Virus record (IMG/VR): IMGVR_UViG_3300042386_001493
Span: 22,252-86,251 of that record
Source: a virus
Taxonomy: Duplodnaviria; Caudoviricetes
DNA length: 64,000 bases
Strand: one strand, 5' to 3'
Of this stretch, positions 9,509-20,472 are shown in pieces. Position 1 is the stretch's first letter, and every line of letters starts with the position of its first letter. A model generated the notes under the pieces. That model saw nothing but the letters and a program-made list of their open reading frames with translations. It made no database searches and was not told the DNA's origin. Position numbers and translations under genes: made by a program.

Positions 9509-11107
9509 TTATTGAGATGAGCGACCTTCACCCTGTGCATTACGACCAGAGATGGTTGTAGTAGAGTCAGAATTGTTATTTGTTCGTTCTGCATCTCTTT
9601 GACGATTTCCTGCCAAATTAGCCCTTGTATCAGTTGCCTGTCTTGCAGACATAACAAATGGCTCATCTCCATCGGCTCTTTGTGGAAGATCTAACTTTTC
9701 ACGAGCCTCATTTGGAGTCATAACCTGTGTTTTTACATAACGCTCAATAATTTGAGATTGAGCAATTTCATCTGTAAGTGTTAGTTCATTAAACTTAAGT
9801 TCAAGGATATCTGTTTTTTCACGAATAATTTTATTAACAACCTTTTCAAGATGCTTTTGTGCTGGACGAGATACTTGCTCTTTAAAGGTACGATCTTGTG
9901 ATAATGCCGCTGCAATTCCAGAATCTGCTCCACCAAGTTTAGAGATTGGAACCTGATGTGCAATTAGGATATCATCACGATTTTGTTTGCGATATTCTTT
10001 AAATGATCCTTCTTGAATACCGTTTTCAATTGGCTCCATCTTAAACTCAACCTTATTGTTTTCAGTATCTCCAGGAAGTGGGATATAAAGAGTTCTATGT
10101 GATTGAGATTTTAGTCCTGTTTGTAAAAATCTAAACATCTTGTCTTCACCGTCAGATGATAATTTTGCACCCTTTAAGGTTACGATGTATCTAGGAACTG
10201 CCTTGTTTTCAAAGTAGTCAATGTTGTATTGTGATGCTAATTGATCACCAATAAGTGATGGCATAGCAGCAACAATGTCTGGAATACCATAAAATGTATT
10301 TAATGGAGAGTATTCTTTATAGTGAATAATCTCATTTGGACGTGCATCATTAGTCATTGGGTTTGGATTTTTAGCACCAAAGTTTCTAAAATAAACTACT
10401 GAGTTGCCAATAATTTGAACAAAGCCATCATGTAAACGACGAACACGAACAGTGGTTGCAGGTATATGACCAACGTAGCCAATTTCACCAGTTACAGTTC
10501 TACCAATTTCAATAAACCCATTACCAGTTGCTTGAACATCTGTATAAAATTTTTCCATAGTCTTAGTAAATGAATCATCATCGTTAAGGTTTTCTAGCCA
10601 ATCCTTTAACTCAAGTTTCATTCTTTCAATTCTGTTACGAGCACGATCAACTGCTGCTTGATCTTCATTCATTTCAAACCTAAGCATTGTTCTATCTGCA
10701 ATATCAAAACGGTATCCAAGACCAACTACGTTTTCTACCTTAGCATCAATAGCAGCATGATTAGCAAATGATGTGTCATAGAAGTTGGCTAACTCATACA
10801 TGTTATATGGTGGAGTAATTACGTCAAATAGTCCGTAACCATTTCTATATACCGTGCCAGGATTAATAGCCTTTGATCCTGCATCTACTCCAGATGGTGT
10901 AGCATTAGCAGAATCTAAATATTCATTTGTTGCAAAGTTCATTGCCTTTGTAACATTTCTTGCAGTTTTTCTACGGAAATTTTGTTCTAACCCTGTAAAA
11001 TCTTTTAATGTATCCCAAGTTTTATTAAATGGGTCTTGTTGTGAAAATGGATTGTCATTTTTTTCTTGTGTGTTTAATCCAACTCTTACGTATTCTTCAC
11101 TCATCAT
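9509..11107 (-). CDS. Portal protein
   Basis: TGNGFIEI.R, NEIIH, YGIPDI, YF.N.AVP..IV, ILIAHQVP, MTPNEAREKLDL. Start probably 11107 or 11104. Confidence 0.92.
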   Translation of the reverse strand: MMSEEYVRVGLNTQEKNDNPFSQQDPFNKTWDTLKDFTGLEQNFRRKTARNVTKAMNFATNEYLDSANATPSGVDAGSKAINPGTVYRNGYGLFDVITPPYNMYELANFYDTSFANHAAIDAKVENVVGLGYRFDIADRTMLRFEMNEDQAAVDRARNRIERMKLELKDWLENLNDDDSFTKTMEKFYTDVQATGNGFIEIGRTVTGEIGYVGHIPATTVRVRRLHDGFVQIIGNSVVYFRNFGAKNPNPMTNDARPNEIIHYKEYSPLNTFYGIPDIVAAMPSLIGDQLASQYNIDYFENKAVPRYIVTLKGAKLSSDGEDKMFRFLQTGLKSQSHRTLYIPLPGDTENNKVEFKMEPIENGIQEGSFKEYRKQNRDDILIAHQVPISKLGGADSGIAAALSQDRTFKEQVSRPAQKHLEKVVNKIIREKTDILELKFNELTLTDEIAQSQIIERYVKTQVMTPNEAREKLDLPQRADGDEPFVMSARQATDTRANLAGNRQRDAERTNNNSDSTTTISGRNAQGEGRSSQ

Positions 11108-11474
11108 TACCATACTTATCATAGGTTTGTCGTGCTGCTACCCAAGCACCATGATCATTCATGGAAGGAATTAAGCCATTCTTCATTCTATCTAGTTGTT
11201 CAGAATGCTCTTCCTCGCTAATTCTTGTAAGTCCAGGAACAAATACTGCACTTCCTTCACCGTCATCACCGTAATGAATAGCAACTTTTTTTAATTCTGA
11301 AATTTTTGTAATATCACCACGCTCTGCTGGTATGTTTAATATGCTACCAGAGCCATCTGTAAACCATGAACCATCTGACTTTTTGTACACGTAAAGACCC
11401 CAATTGTAATCTTTTTCTATTACTTTGCGTCGGACATTGCCAACTTTTTTAAGAATATCGTTATTCATAACCAT
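11097..11474 (-). CDS. Hypothetical protein upstream of portal
   Basis: 125 aa ORF overlapping the portal start, with its own TGCTATACT -10 element. Confidence 0.6.
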   Translation of the reverse strand: MVMNNDILKKVGNVRRKVIEKDYNWGLYVYKKSDGSWFTDGSGSILNIPAERGDITKISELKKVAIHYGDDGEGSAVFVPGLTRISEEEHSEQLDRMKNGLIPSMNDHGAWVAARQTYDKYGNDE

Positions 11475-11486
11475 CAGTATAGCATA

Positions 11487-14400
11487 TTATAGGGCTGAAG
11501 CGACAGTCGTTGACCAAGTTACAGCCTGATATATTTGCATTTTGTCTGAGTCTACACTTAAACCACTTTCATCATCAAATATTATTTTATTAGTGCCTAG
11601 GTATGCTCGATAGATGTCTCCTGGATTTACTCCATACAAGTTTGATGATCCTATAACCAATGTTTCATACCAAGTTTTATTTGTTTGCCAATAGGACCAC
11701 GTAAAGTTAATGGCATCCTCTGTTTTTACCCTAAGCCAAGGTCTTGTAACTGTTCCCTGAATTTGTTGTAAATTATTTGCTTGATAGTATGCCACATTAT
11801 TAAAGAGTACAGGGCCATTAATATTAATTGCTCCTAAAAATTCATCAAAATTAAGTGCGGTAGAAAAAAATATTCCAAGAACTCCCCACTCTTTAGAAGT
11901 AAGGATTGGCTCTCTAACCTCTAGACCATTCCAATAATATTGAAAATCATCAACTATTTGACCAGTTGAAAGACTTTTTGCAAAAACTCTTGCTCTTGAT
12001 CCAGTGTCACTATCTGCTACTATGTAAAATTTAAAGGTATCTTCCTTGTAAATAATTTCAAACAATTCTGTTGGAACTGGTGGAAACTCATCTTCTGAAT
12101 ATCTAAGCCAAAGTTGTACTGCACTAACAAGATAATCTGAAGACAATGCCTGATTTATTGGTAAAGAAATACCACGATCTTCTAAAGAAAGAATATCTCC
12201 ACGAACTTGAATTCCAGAGTCTTTTGTTAAATAAAGGTATGGCGTAGTGCCTTTATAAATAGTAAAAGGGTTTTTAGATTTATAGTCATAATAAATTCCT
12301 GAACGTTTATAGGGAAATAAGTCAACTCCAAATCTTGTTCCAACAGGATTAAACGAGTTATCATTAAATGCTTGAGAGGCAAGTTGAAGTCTATTTAATA
12401 GAATTGGTTTATTTAATATTCCCCGTACTTTAAATTCTAAATGATAAACAATTGCGAGATCATTAAAATCTACAGTTTTACTTGGATAAACTATTGCATT
12501 ATTTACAACTTCAAACTTTGTTGTTTCCCAATTTTCATATTCATCTACATCAATAATGGAGTCACGTAAAACTGGTTGAGTAATGGTAAAATCACTATCT
12601 AATAAGTTAGCACCATCTTCGATATATTGAAAAGTTAAATAACATCTAACTGCAGAATCCGTGGTGTCATATTTATAAGTTTTTACAGCATTCTGATTGG
12701 CATCTTCGTAGTTATTCCATCCAGTTAGTAGTTGATTGTCAAATTGATAGTATGTTTGTTGAGTTGGTTGAAAATAATTTTGATATAAATCTGCGTAAGT
12801 CCAGGCTGAAACAGTTTCATTTTCTATTAAAGAGGTTGGTGACGGAACGCCTACGTTAAACTGTAAAAAATCTAAATCATAAAATTGATTGCCAACGTCA
12901 TTGGTTACAAACTGAGCAAAATAAGAAAGCGGCAGATAGTCTTGCCAAGATCCAGAGACGCCTATATCTAAAAAGTAAGAATCATAATTTTCTATAGGTA
13001 GTAGGGTGTAACTTGATAAATGATTAAATAATGCAATAGCATTCTCTTCTTCTGTGATACCAGAAACAGACATGTCGTCAAAAATTGCTATACCATCAGA
13101 ATTAAAATAATCAGATATAAGGGTTGTATTTTTTGTTGTAGCAAACCCAACAGAATACATTTTTCCTAAAAAGGTTTTGCTTAAAGAGCCATCTCCACCT
13201 ATATAAACTTTAAGTGAATTTCGACTACCAAAAAACGTAGAGACATTTCCGCCAAAAGTTTCTATTAATAACTCTATATTAATACCTGCAGAAAATAATT
13301 GATGGGATTCAATAACTTCAGATGTATATATTACTTGGTTGATATCGTTATAGTATAGGTTATATGTAATTACATTTTGATCTTGTTCAATTGAAAAATA
13401 ATTATTGTTTAAAGAATTATAAATTTTAAACAAGGTTTGATTAGAGTTAAGGTTGTGATTACTAAATACACCGTAAAAACAATCAACCTTAGTATTTAGA
13501 ATATTAAAATTATCAAAGTTAAGGTAGCAAGTTTTTGTATTCCAAGAACTATTAGGCCTAAAGGTTATAAAGGTTTCATCATCAATTGGTCCAGAAACGC
13601 TATTTTGAATTGACTTATTATCTTCATACAGTTCGGTTAAAGTTTTATCTGATAAAAAAATTTCTGGAAGTTCGTATTCAGGAGTTCTTAAAACTTTTGT
13701 TGTTGTTGTTAAATTATCAAAAGACCCTTGTTGCCATTGAGCAAAATCTGGATAACTGTAGTTAGCGGTGTAATCTGCAAAAGAATAATCAATAAATGCA
13801 GATGTTCCTCCGTAAGAAGAGTTAATTCCTTCTGGAGAAATAACTCCTTGTCCATAAACCCATCTCCTTTTTGCTACATTTATAGGAACCTGATAAGAAT
13901 AAATAGCAACACAGTCTATATCAATTGGAGTAATATCGTTATATGCATAAAATCCTAGCCAGTCTTGGCTTTTATTTGATTCATTACGTTCTTCTGGTAG
14001 TTCAAGGTTATCAGTTTCAATTGTTAAAGATATAACTTCTTCTCCATTTAAAATTAAACTTGCAGCATTTCTAATTAATCTAATTTGAATAAGCATTGGC
14101 CTAAACCATTCTCCAACAAAATGAGAAGAAAAGTTTTTACCTATTACTAATGTTAAAAATCCATTATCAGCATAAAGACCATCTTCTGATGCTATTGGAC
14201 CAAATATTTTTTTAGAAGTAGGAGAGTCTGAATTTATTCTTGCCCAAAACTCTACGGTGTAGTCTTTATACTGACCAACTTTATTTAAAAACCCTTTTCC
14301 TGGAACAATTAAGGATGGTTCTCCGCTAGGATTTGCTCTAAGAGTTGTTATATTTGATGCTCCATAAACTAAAGGTATGCTTGTATTTTTTGCAAAAAGA

Positions 14401-15134
14401 CTATTATCTGAAACTATATGATAGGCATTATCAAGAACATTGTTTCCAGACACTCCGTAGGCTGGTGAAGGAATTACTTGATCTGAAGTTAATGCTATTT
14501 CCGCTGGCATTGATATTGGGACAACCCCAAGTGATTGATAATTAAATTCTTCAGACCATTGACCAACGCTGACTCCATTTATATAATACAAATAGTCAGA
14601 GGATGTTGCACCACCAGTTTGAGAAGTTATTTTTATTACAACCCTAAGTGTTGTATTTTCACTGACTATTTCTGAAGTTTGTGAAACAAAAACCCAAGAA
14701 TTTTCTGTAAGATTTTCATAAGTTTTTAATTTTTGGACTACACTTGCTGTTGTTGTGTCTGTGTATTCAAAACCAATAGATATAGAGTTTATGTGTACGC
14801 TGTCAACGTATATGTGAGCACCTACACAAAATGTACCAAGATCTGCATTTAAGTCTGAAAAGTTTACTAACTCTGGGCTGATGCAAACAATATCTGCAGT
14901 TGCTCCTGCAGGAACAGTTCCTAATAGTTTATTTACTTTTACTGTAGAAAATGGTGCGTCTACGTCTGATGTTTCTAAAGAGGCGGTTGCTCCACTTACC
15001 GTCCAAAAACTTTGAATATCCTGATAGTTTAAATTAAATAAACTTATATAGTCAACAGTTTGATCCAAAGCCCATAGCGCCAGAGGATGCTCAGAAAATA
15101 TCTTTTCTGCATATAAGTTAGACGGGTTGGCCAT
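11487..15134 (-). CDS. Large virion structural protein (beta-rich, LamG/ConA-like region)
   Basis: 1215 aa. N-terminal Y..KIFSEHPLALW.LD and internal YTVEFW...IDCVAIYSY resemble laminin-G-type minor tail proteins. Confidence 0.6.
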   Translation of the reverse strand: MANPSNLYAEKIFSEHPLALWALDQTVDYISLFNLNYQDIQSFWTVSGATASLETSDVDAPFSTVKVNKLLGTVPAGATADIVCISPELVNFSDLNADLGTFCVGAHIYVDSVHINSISIGFEYTDTTTASVVQKLKTYENLTENSWVFVSQTSEIVSENTTLRVVIKITSQTGGATSSDYLYYINGVSVGQWSEEFNYQSLGVVPISMPAEIALTSDQVIPSPAYGVSGNNVLDNAYHIVSDNSLFAKNTSIPLVYGASNITTLRANPSGEPSLIVPGKGFLNKVGQYKDYTVEFWARINSDSPTSKKIFGPIASEDGLYADNGFLTLVIGKNFSSHFVGEWFRPMLIQIRLIRNAASLILNGEEVISLTIETDNLELPEERNESNKSQDWLGFYAYNDITPIDIDCVAIYSYQVPINVAKRRWVYGQGVISPEGINSSYGGTSAFIDYSFADYTANYSYPDFAQWQQGSFDNLTTTTKVLRTPEYELPEIFLSDKTLTELYEDNKSIQNSVSGPIDDETFITFRPNSSWNTKTCYLNFDNFNILNTKVDCFYGVFSNHNLNSNQTLFKIYNSLNNNYFSIEQDQNVITYNLYYNDINQVIYTSEVIESHQLFSAGINIELLIETFGGNVSTFFGSRNSLKVYIGGDGSLSKTFLGKMYSVGFATTKNTTLISDYFNSDGIAIFDDMSVSGITEEENAIALFNHLSSYTLLPIENYDSYFLDIGVSGSWQDYLPLSYFAQFVTNDVGNQFYDLDFLQFNVGVPSPTSLIENETVSAWTYADLYQNYFQPTQQTYYQFDNQLLTGWNNYEDANQNAVKTYKYDTTDSAVRCYLTFQYIEDGANLLDSDFTITQPVLRDSIIDVDEYENWETTKFEVVNNAIVYPSKTVDFNDLAIVYHLEFKVRGILNKPILLNRLQLASQAFNDNSFNPVGTRFGVDLFPYKRSGIYYDYKSKNPFTIYKGTTPYLYLTKDSGIQVRGDILSLEDRGISLPINQALSSDYLVSAVQLWLRYSEDEFPPVPTELFEIIYKEDTFKFYIVADSDTGSRARVFAKSLSTGQIVDDFQYYWNGLEVREPILTSKEWGVLGIFFSTALNFDEFLGAININGPVLFNNVAYYQANNLQQIQGTVTRPWLRVKTEDAINFTWSYWQTNKTWYETLVIGSSNLYGVNPGDIYRAYLGTNKIIFDDESGLSVDSDKMQIYQAVTWSTTVASAL

Positions 15135-15169
15135 AGTTCTCCTATCCTCTTATTATAGCAGGATGAAGG

Positions 15170-17203
15170 CTAGTATAATTTAATTTCGCAAGCGTCTGTT
15201 GAGCAATACTTTTCAGACTCTGCGTCAAGATTATCCTTGCCATCATAGATAGCGGACCAATCAATTTTACCAATTTTTCCAACGTAAGAGTTATATTCTT
15301 CTCTTGTAATATTTGTATATGGTTGTTGAGGATAAGTTTTATTACCCATCGGCAGAAATGAAACTGCCTTTAATTGACCTTCATACATGTGTAATGCTGG
15401 AGCAATATGCTTAGTCTCAGATTCCTTGTCAAATGATAAAGTTACAGATACTCCATTGTCAGACCAATACTTTTGAGCGGTAGCAGCCAAACCAATCTTT
15501 TCAAAAAGACTTACATCTTTTTCAGAACGAGGATGTCCAGATGCTACTGGGAAATATACTACTGAAGTGTTTGCAGATACTACGTCATCTTCAATTTTAT
15601 ACCCTGCCGCTTTAAATAAATGCACCATTGGATCTGTATTGCCAAACCTTATAGCACGAAGATAGAATTCTCCTCCTGGACCCCAATGAACTCCTGGTGT
15701 TGCACCAGATAATAGGGAAACAGATCCTGAAGGTTTGACGGTAGTTACACGAATTGACTCACGTACACATAGCCATTCTGAGTATGAGTGATCGTATGCA
15801 CGAATCTTTTTATACCCTTCGTCCATCCACTCACGAATTACTGGCATACCTTTTGTGTCTGCAAATGATGCAATACCAGTTAGAGATGTTCCAATACGAC
15901 GATTACGTTGCATAATTCCATTTGTGGTTTGCCAATGTGTTGGCATAAGTGTAACGGTCTTACCATATAGATATGCAAACTTTAGTGTACGAAGAAAATC
16001 TTCTTTGTCTTCATGACGGTTTAAATGAACTTCTACAAGTGTGCATAACTCATAACTTTCTAATGGTTGTTCAGCGCAAGGATTAAATCCCATAACACGA
16101 GAATCTTTATAGTCTGCAGGATCTGCTAGTCTTCCATAATCTCTAGCAACGTCTAGCCAAATAAATCCTGGCTCACCATTGTCTGCAATTAAATTAACAT
16201 AGTCTTCATATTTTGTTCCAACCTCTGCAGCAATAGAATTATTAGACATCCATGCCCATCCTGGATTTTCTGAATCAAATGAGTTTCTGTCTGGAAAAAC
16301 CTCTGCATTTTTTAAATTAATAAAATCTTTGTCTTCTGGTAATCCTAAAGCCAAGGTAGCAGAACGACGAACATTTCCAGAAACAACACATGTACCAATA
16401 AGGTTAACAATATCTACAATTGCACGAGAATCAAGTTTTTCTCCTGCTCTACCGCCGATTACTGCGTCTATCTTGTTATGTAGTGCAATGAGTGGTGCTG
16501 GACCGCTAGCAACCCCTCCAAAGCCTTTTATAGGGGCACCTAGAGGACGGATAAGGTCGTAGTTAAACTTTTGTATAGCCTGATTAGGACGTAGGTATGA
16601 GTTTAATAACATTCTTACAGAGTCTACCCAACCTTCACGAGTATCTGGAATTTCCCATACATTTTCTGGCTCTGTAGGAGCATTAATAGTGATTTCTTTG
16701 TCTTGACCGACGGTATCAAAACCTACACCTATACCTAACATTAAAGCATCCATAACCCAAGCAAACAATGCTCCTGGATCATTACGATCAATATCACGAG
16801 TAGACACCATTGCACAGTTTTGTAGAGAAGCAGAGTTGCGCTTTTCCATAGTCATAGGAGTTCCAAATGCCCAAAGACCTCTACCTGGCGGAGTCCATTT
16901 TAAATTAAACATACGGTCATATGCTTCTTGAGCAGATTTTTGACTCTTGTTATCGTTCCACGGTAGACGATTATCTTTAGCGTGGTTTTTTTGTACTGAG
17001 TACATTCCTTCAATTACCCGCTTACAAACCTCATGCCATCTTTCTTTTGTTCCGTCTTCTTTCATACGAGAGTATGTGCGTATAAACGTAATTTCTCCTA
17101 ATGAATTAGAGCCTGCGTCTGAGAATCCAAAGGGTGCAGGAGTTAATGAGTACTTTGTTACAAAGTCCTCTGATAGACGAAATGAGAATACGCTTTCTGA
17201 CAT
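15170..17203 (-). CDS. nrdJ: Class II (B12-dependent) ribonucleoside-triphosphate reductase, monomeric type
   Basis: PPGRGLW, NCA, VVSGNVRRSA, NPCAEQPL...ELCTLVE, TTVKPSGSVS and C-terminal CSTDACE redox pair. Confidence 0.93.
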   Translation of the reverse strand: MSESVFSFRLSEDFVTKYSLTPAPFGFSDAGSNSLGEITFIRTYSRMKEDGTKERWHEVCKRVIEGMYSVQKNHAKDNRLPWNDNKSQKSAQEAYDRMFNLKWTPPGRGLWAFGTPMTMEKRNSASLQNCAMVSTRDIDRNDPGALFAWVMDALMLGIGVGFDTVGQDKEITINAPTEPENVWEIPDTREGWVDSVRMLLNSYLRPNQAIQKFNYDLIRPLGAPIKGFGGVASGPAPLIALHNKIDAVIGGRAGEKLDSRAIVDIVNLIGTCVVSGNVRRSATLALGLPEDKDFINLKNAEVFPDRNSFDSENPGWAWMSNNSIAAEVGTKYEDYVNLIADNGEPGFIWLDVARDYGRLADPADYKDSRVMGFNPCAEQPLESYELCTLVEVHLNRHEDKEDFLRTLKFAYLYGKTVTLMPTHWQTTNGIMQRNRRIGTSLTGIASFADTKGMPVIREWMDEGYKKIRAYDHSYSEWLCVRESIRVTTVKPSGSVSLLSGATPGVHWGPGGEFYLRAIRFGNTDPMVHLFKAAGYKIEDDVVSANTSVVYFPVASGHPRSEKDVSLFEKIGLAATAQKYWSDNGVSVTLSFDKESETKHIAPALHMYEGQLKAVSFLPMGNKTYPQQPYTNITREEYNSYVGKIGKIDWSAIYDGKDNLDAESEKYCSTDACEIKLY

Positions 17204-17419
17204 TTATTATTTACCTTTCATAGCAAAATTGAGTGAGTACTTCTTATTTTACGAAGTGGTCTTAAGTATATCACAAATTTAAAAAGAAAAACACGCTTAA
17301 AAAAATATGTAAATCTTTTGTTGAGGGTTAGTGCTTTTGTTTTTTTAAAGTCTATATGTTATTTATAATGCTTGTTTTTATGGTATAATTATAGAAAGTT
17401 TACCACAGCGGAGGTGCCT

Positions 17420-18076
17420 ATGAATAATGTTTGGATAGTAGTTCCAGTTATTTCTAACGATATTGATTTAACATCATATGTTGATAGACTATCTGGCGGC
17501 TATACCGCCCCAGAAACATATGAAAAAACTGTTTTTAACCCTGAAACACAAGCAAGTGAAAAAGAAGATGTGGCTCATCCATATGCTGGTCAAGTGTCAC
17601 ATGATTTTTCAAATAAAATTATTTTTGTAAACAAAGTAGACGGGTACGGCGAGTATGAAGGCGTAGTTCATTTGGAAGATTTTAATGATATAGGCATATA
17701 TCGTTATTGGAATACTGGACTAGAGTATGCTTTTGCAAATGGGGCAGACTCAGTAATCTTAACAAATGGTGTTTTTGAATTTGATCCATTTGTAATTAAA
17801 GAAGCATATGATGAATTTTCTAAGGGTGAATCAGAGGTTATAAATATCTCTGATGGGGCTATGTTGTTAGTTTCATCATCTTCTAGCCTACGTGCTGATG
17901 AGCAATTTCAAATATGGTTTGGTGATAATGATTTTTATCGTAGAGCAGAGCCTGTATTAGGATATTCTCGTTCAGAATATTTATGGGGAGATTATTTAAT
18001 TGATTCTAGTTCTACCGAATCTTTTGATAGCATTGTTGCTTCTGATCAAGTAAAATATAATGCTAAGTGGAACTAA
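17420..18076 (+). CDS. Divergent GT-A/GT2-like glycosyltransferase
   Basis: VWIVVPV N-terminus, WNTGL, DEQFQIWFGDNDF. GGAGGT SD before ATG 17420. Lone plus-strand gene here. Confidence 0.5.
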   Translation: MNNVWIVVPVISNDIDLTSYVDRLSGGYTAPETYEKTVFNPETQASEKEDVAHPYAGQVSHDFSNKIIFVNKVDGYGEYEGVVHLEDFNDIGIYRYWNTGLEYAFANGADSVILTNGVFEFDPFVIKEAYDEFSKGESEVINISDGAMLLVSSSSSLRADEQFQIWFGDNDFYRRAEPVLGYSRSEYLWGDYLIDSSSTESFDSIVASDQVKYNAKWN

Positions 18077-19037
18077 TTTTTTCAAACAATCTATTCCACT
18101 CTTTAGACCTTAAATCCCAAGAGTAATTTTCATTATAAAAATCTGATTGTTTTTGTAATTTACTTTGTGTTTCTATAGACCAATAATTGTCAATCTCTTC
18201 ATTTAGTGTTTTTGCATATGCTGGAATAAATGTTTCTGGTACCGCTTGCATTGGCATAAGCCTTGCATATTCTGATCCAGTTTCATATAATGCACCAAGA
18301 TTAGTTGTAACCATACGACATCCCGCAGCACCAGCCTCAACCATAGCCAAACAACATGTTTCTTCAAACGTACTTGGGTATGCAAATATATGAGATTCTT
18401 GTAAGGCTTTTTTAATTACATCATTTGTAGCGTATCCCATATAATTAACGTTTTTCATATTACGGGCTATTTCAAAATGTTCTTCGTATACCCCGTTTGT
18501 ATGAGCCTCATATCCAGTTCCATACATCTTTGCTGATGAATAAATATCAAGTTCAACATCATCTCTATTTAGCATTTCAAATGCTGGCAAAAGCATGTCT
18601 AATCCACGAAATGGGGCAGAAGTATAAATTAACTTTATCTTGCCATCTTTTGTCTTAGGTTTAAACTCTATTGGGTCAATAGCATTTTTAATTACATATG
18701 CATTTTCAAGAGGGATTTTAAATATCCAGCGATACTTTTCATGTTGCCAGTGAGAAATATATACAAATGAATTTATGGCATTCATAAATAAGGGATCTGT
18801 ATATCCTGATCTTAACGATTCATCACTATGAGCCAAATGCTGCCATAGCAAATTCTTTTTTGTATATTTTACATTTTTAAAATATGGATTAGATAGCAAA
18901 AGGTTAATATCTTTATGCTGTGCTATATTAGTATATTTATATAGTCCAGATTTTAATATTTCTGTACCGCCCATTGGGGGCAAAGATTCTTCTACCACCC
19001 CAATATCGTTTTGTGGAACCTGCTGCAACCAATCCAT
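18063..19037 (-). CDS. GT-B (GT4-like) glycosyltransferase
   Basis: GGTE, YTSAPFRGLD, YPSTFEETCCLAMVEAGAAGC...GAL.ET. SD favours ATG 19037. Confidence 0.85.
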   Translation of the reverse strand: MDWLQQVPQNDIGVVEESLPPMGGTEILKSGLYKYTNIAQHKDINLLLSNPYFKNVKYTKKNLLWQHLAHSDESLRSGYTDPLFMNAINSFVYISHWQHEKYRWIFKIPLENAYVIKNAIDPIEFKPKTKDGKIKLIYTSAPFRGLDMLLPAFEMLNRDDVELDIYSSAKMYGTGYEAHTNGVYEEHFEIARNMKNVNYMGYATNDVIKKALQESHIFAYPSTFEETCCLAMVEAGAAGCRMVTTNLGALYETGSEYARLMPMQAVPETFIPAYAKTLNEEIDNYWSIETQSKLQKQSDFYNENYSWDLRSKEWNRLFEKISST

Positions 19038-19045
19038 GCTATCTC

Positions 19046-19768
19046 CTAATTGTAAGTTTTTTTCTGCCAAAACTGTTGTTTATATGAACGAACTATTTTT
19101 GATTTTAATAAGAAACCATTTTTACGATTTTCTTCTTCATCAAATTCTACAACATCGCTTTTCCAGTCTTCTCTCTTAAATGGAATAACCTGACAGATAG
19201 GAGTTCCCTTTTCAAGAATAAAAACATTTTTGTCAATTATGGAATCCAATAGTTGAAATGGAAACTCAACACCAAGTTTATACATATCAGTATCCACAAC
19301 ACCAGAAAATGTTCTAAATGGAAGATCGTGCCTGTTTGTTGGGTGCGTAAACAGACAACTATAGCCTTTTGGAGTAATAACTCTCCATCCTGGTCTCCAC
19401 TTAAGAAGACTTGAAGAGCCACCAAATGGTCCTGGTAATCCTGGTGCTTGATCTGGTCCGTGTTGTCCTATAAGATTAATATTTGTTGCCCAACGAACAT
19501 TAATCATTCCTTTATCATTTTTTCTAAACTCCATATCAAATGGTAATTCAAACATGTAGCCTGTACTTAAAGCGTCAAGAAAAGGAGAGCATCCCTTTAA
19601 TGTTAAGTTACTAACTGCAACCCCATCTTTTGATAAACCGTCTAATTTTTCTTCATCCATTCTTGTTGGCATATCTTTATACCATTGTGGAAGAGACTGA
19701 ACTGCTGGCTTTGGACTTTCAAACAAAAGTTCTGTTTCTTTATCAAATGCTTCAAATTGTAATTTCAT
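19046..19768 (-). CDS. Conserved phage protein, DUF6065-like beta fold
   Basis: P.WYK, TLKGC.PFLDAL..GY, W...TPKGYSCLF.HP.N, GVVDTD, KGTPI.QVIPFKRE.W. Confidence 0.55.
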   Translation of the reverse strand: MKLQFEAFDKETELLFESPKPAVQSLPQWYKDMPTRMDEEKLDGLSKDGVAVSNLTLKGCSPFLDALSTGYMFELPFDMEFRKNDKGMINVRWATNINLIGQHGPDQAPGLPGPFGGSSSLLKWRPGWRVITPKGYSCLFTHPTNRHDLPFRTFSGVVDTDMYKLGVEFPFQLLDSIIDKNVFILEKGTPICQVIPFKREDWKSDVVEFDEEENRKNGFLLKSKIVRSYKQQFWQKKTYN

Positions 19769-20472
19769 TATTTATTTTCCTGTGGATAATTTTTTTGTAA
19801 AACATCCATCCAATGAAGTTTAAATGTTTTTTGATGAGTTACTCTAACTTTGGGATCCGCCCAAATTTCAAAACCAGAATTAATGGCTTTTGTGCACCAA
19901 GAAAGATCTTCACCAATAAGTATAAACTCAGGATTTGTGTCTTTGTTTTCATCTGTATTGGGTATTGCTACTGGGCCAAACCAAGGTCTTGGCATTTTTT
20001 CAAATACTCCTTGTTTAACGGCTAGGAACCCAAATCCAGCCCCAGCAACTTTGAATGGCTCATTCTTATCAAGGAGCATTTGTTCTGGCATCATTCCGCC
20101 TCTAGGCTGATTATAAATAGGAACGTGGCGATCTTCCATTAAATAGCATCCAGAAATAATATCTTTTTCAGAATTATATAATGCAAAAAAGTCTGATGGC
20201 TCCCACTCAATATCTGAATCAATCCAAATAATTTTGTCGTAAGTCCATTCACCACTACATGGCTCTGTCATATTTATATTATTTGTATCCCAGCCACCAA
20301 TTGTACACTCACGGGCCATTGCAACTAAAGATCCACCTTGATTTAAAAAGTTCCAAGATAAGCCTTCTTCATTTAGTATGTATGTTGTTTTAAGAATACT
20401 TCTCATATATCCAGGAGTAAATCCATTTCCTGGAGTAGCGATTACTACATTAAAATGTGGCTTATTTGCCAT
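19768..20472 (-). CDS. GT-A fold glycosyltransferase-like protein
   Basis: VVIATP, WIDSDI (DxD), GFGFL...VFE.MPRPWF, GED.SWC. Confidence 0.8.
   Translation of the reverse strand: MANKPHFNVVIATPGNGFTPGYMRSILKTTYILNEEGLSWNFLNQGGSLVAMARECTIGGWDTNNINMTEPCSGEWTYDKIIWIDSDIEWEPSDFFALYNSEKDIISGCYLMEDRHVPIYNQPRGGMMPEQMLLDKNEPFKVAGAGFGFLAVKQGVFEKMPRPWFGPVAIPNTDENKDTNPEFILIGEDLSWCTKAINSGFEIWADPKVRVTHQKTFKLHWMDVLQKNYPQENK

Noticed and set aside
15170-17370. Intein/intron in nrdJ, or NrdR boxes / cobalamin riboswitch upstream
   Set aside because: The ORF is uninterrupted and of normal length; no convincing motif was seen upstream.
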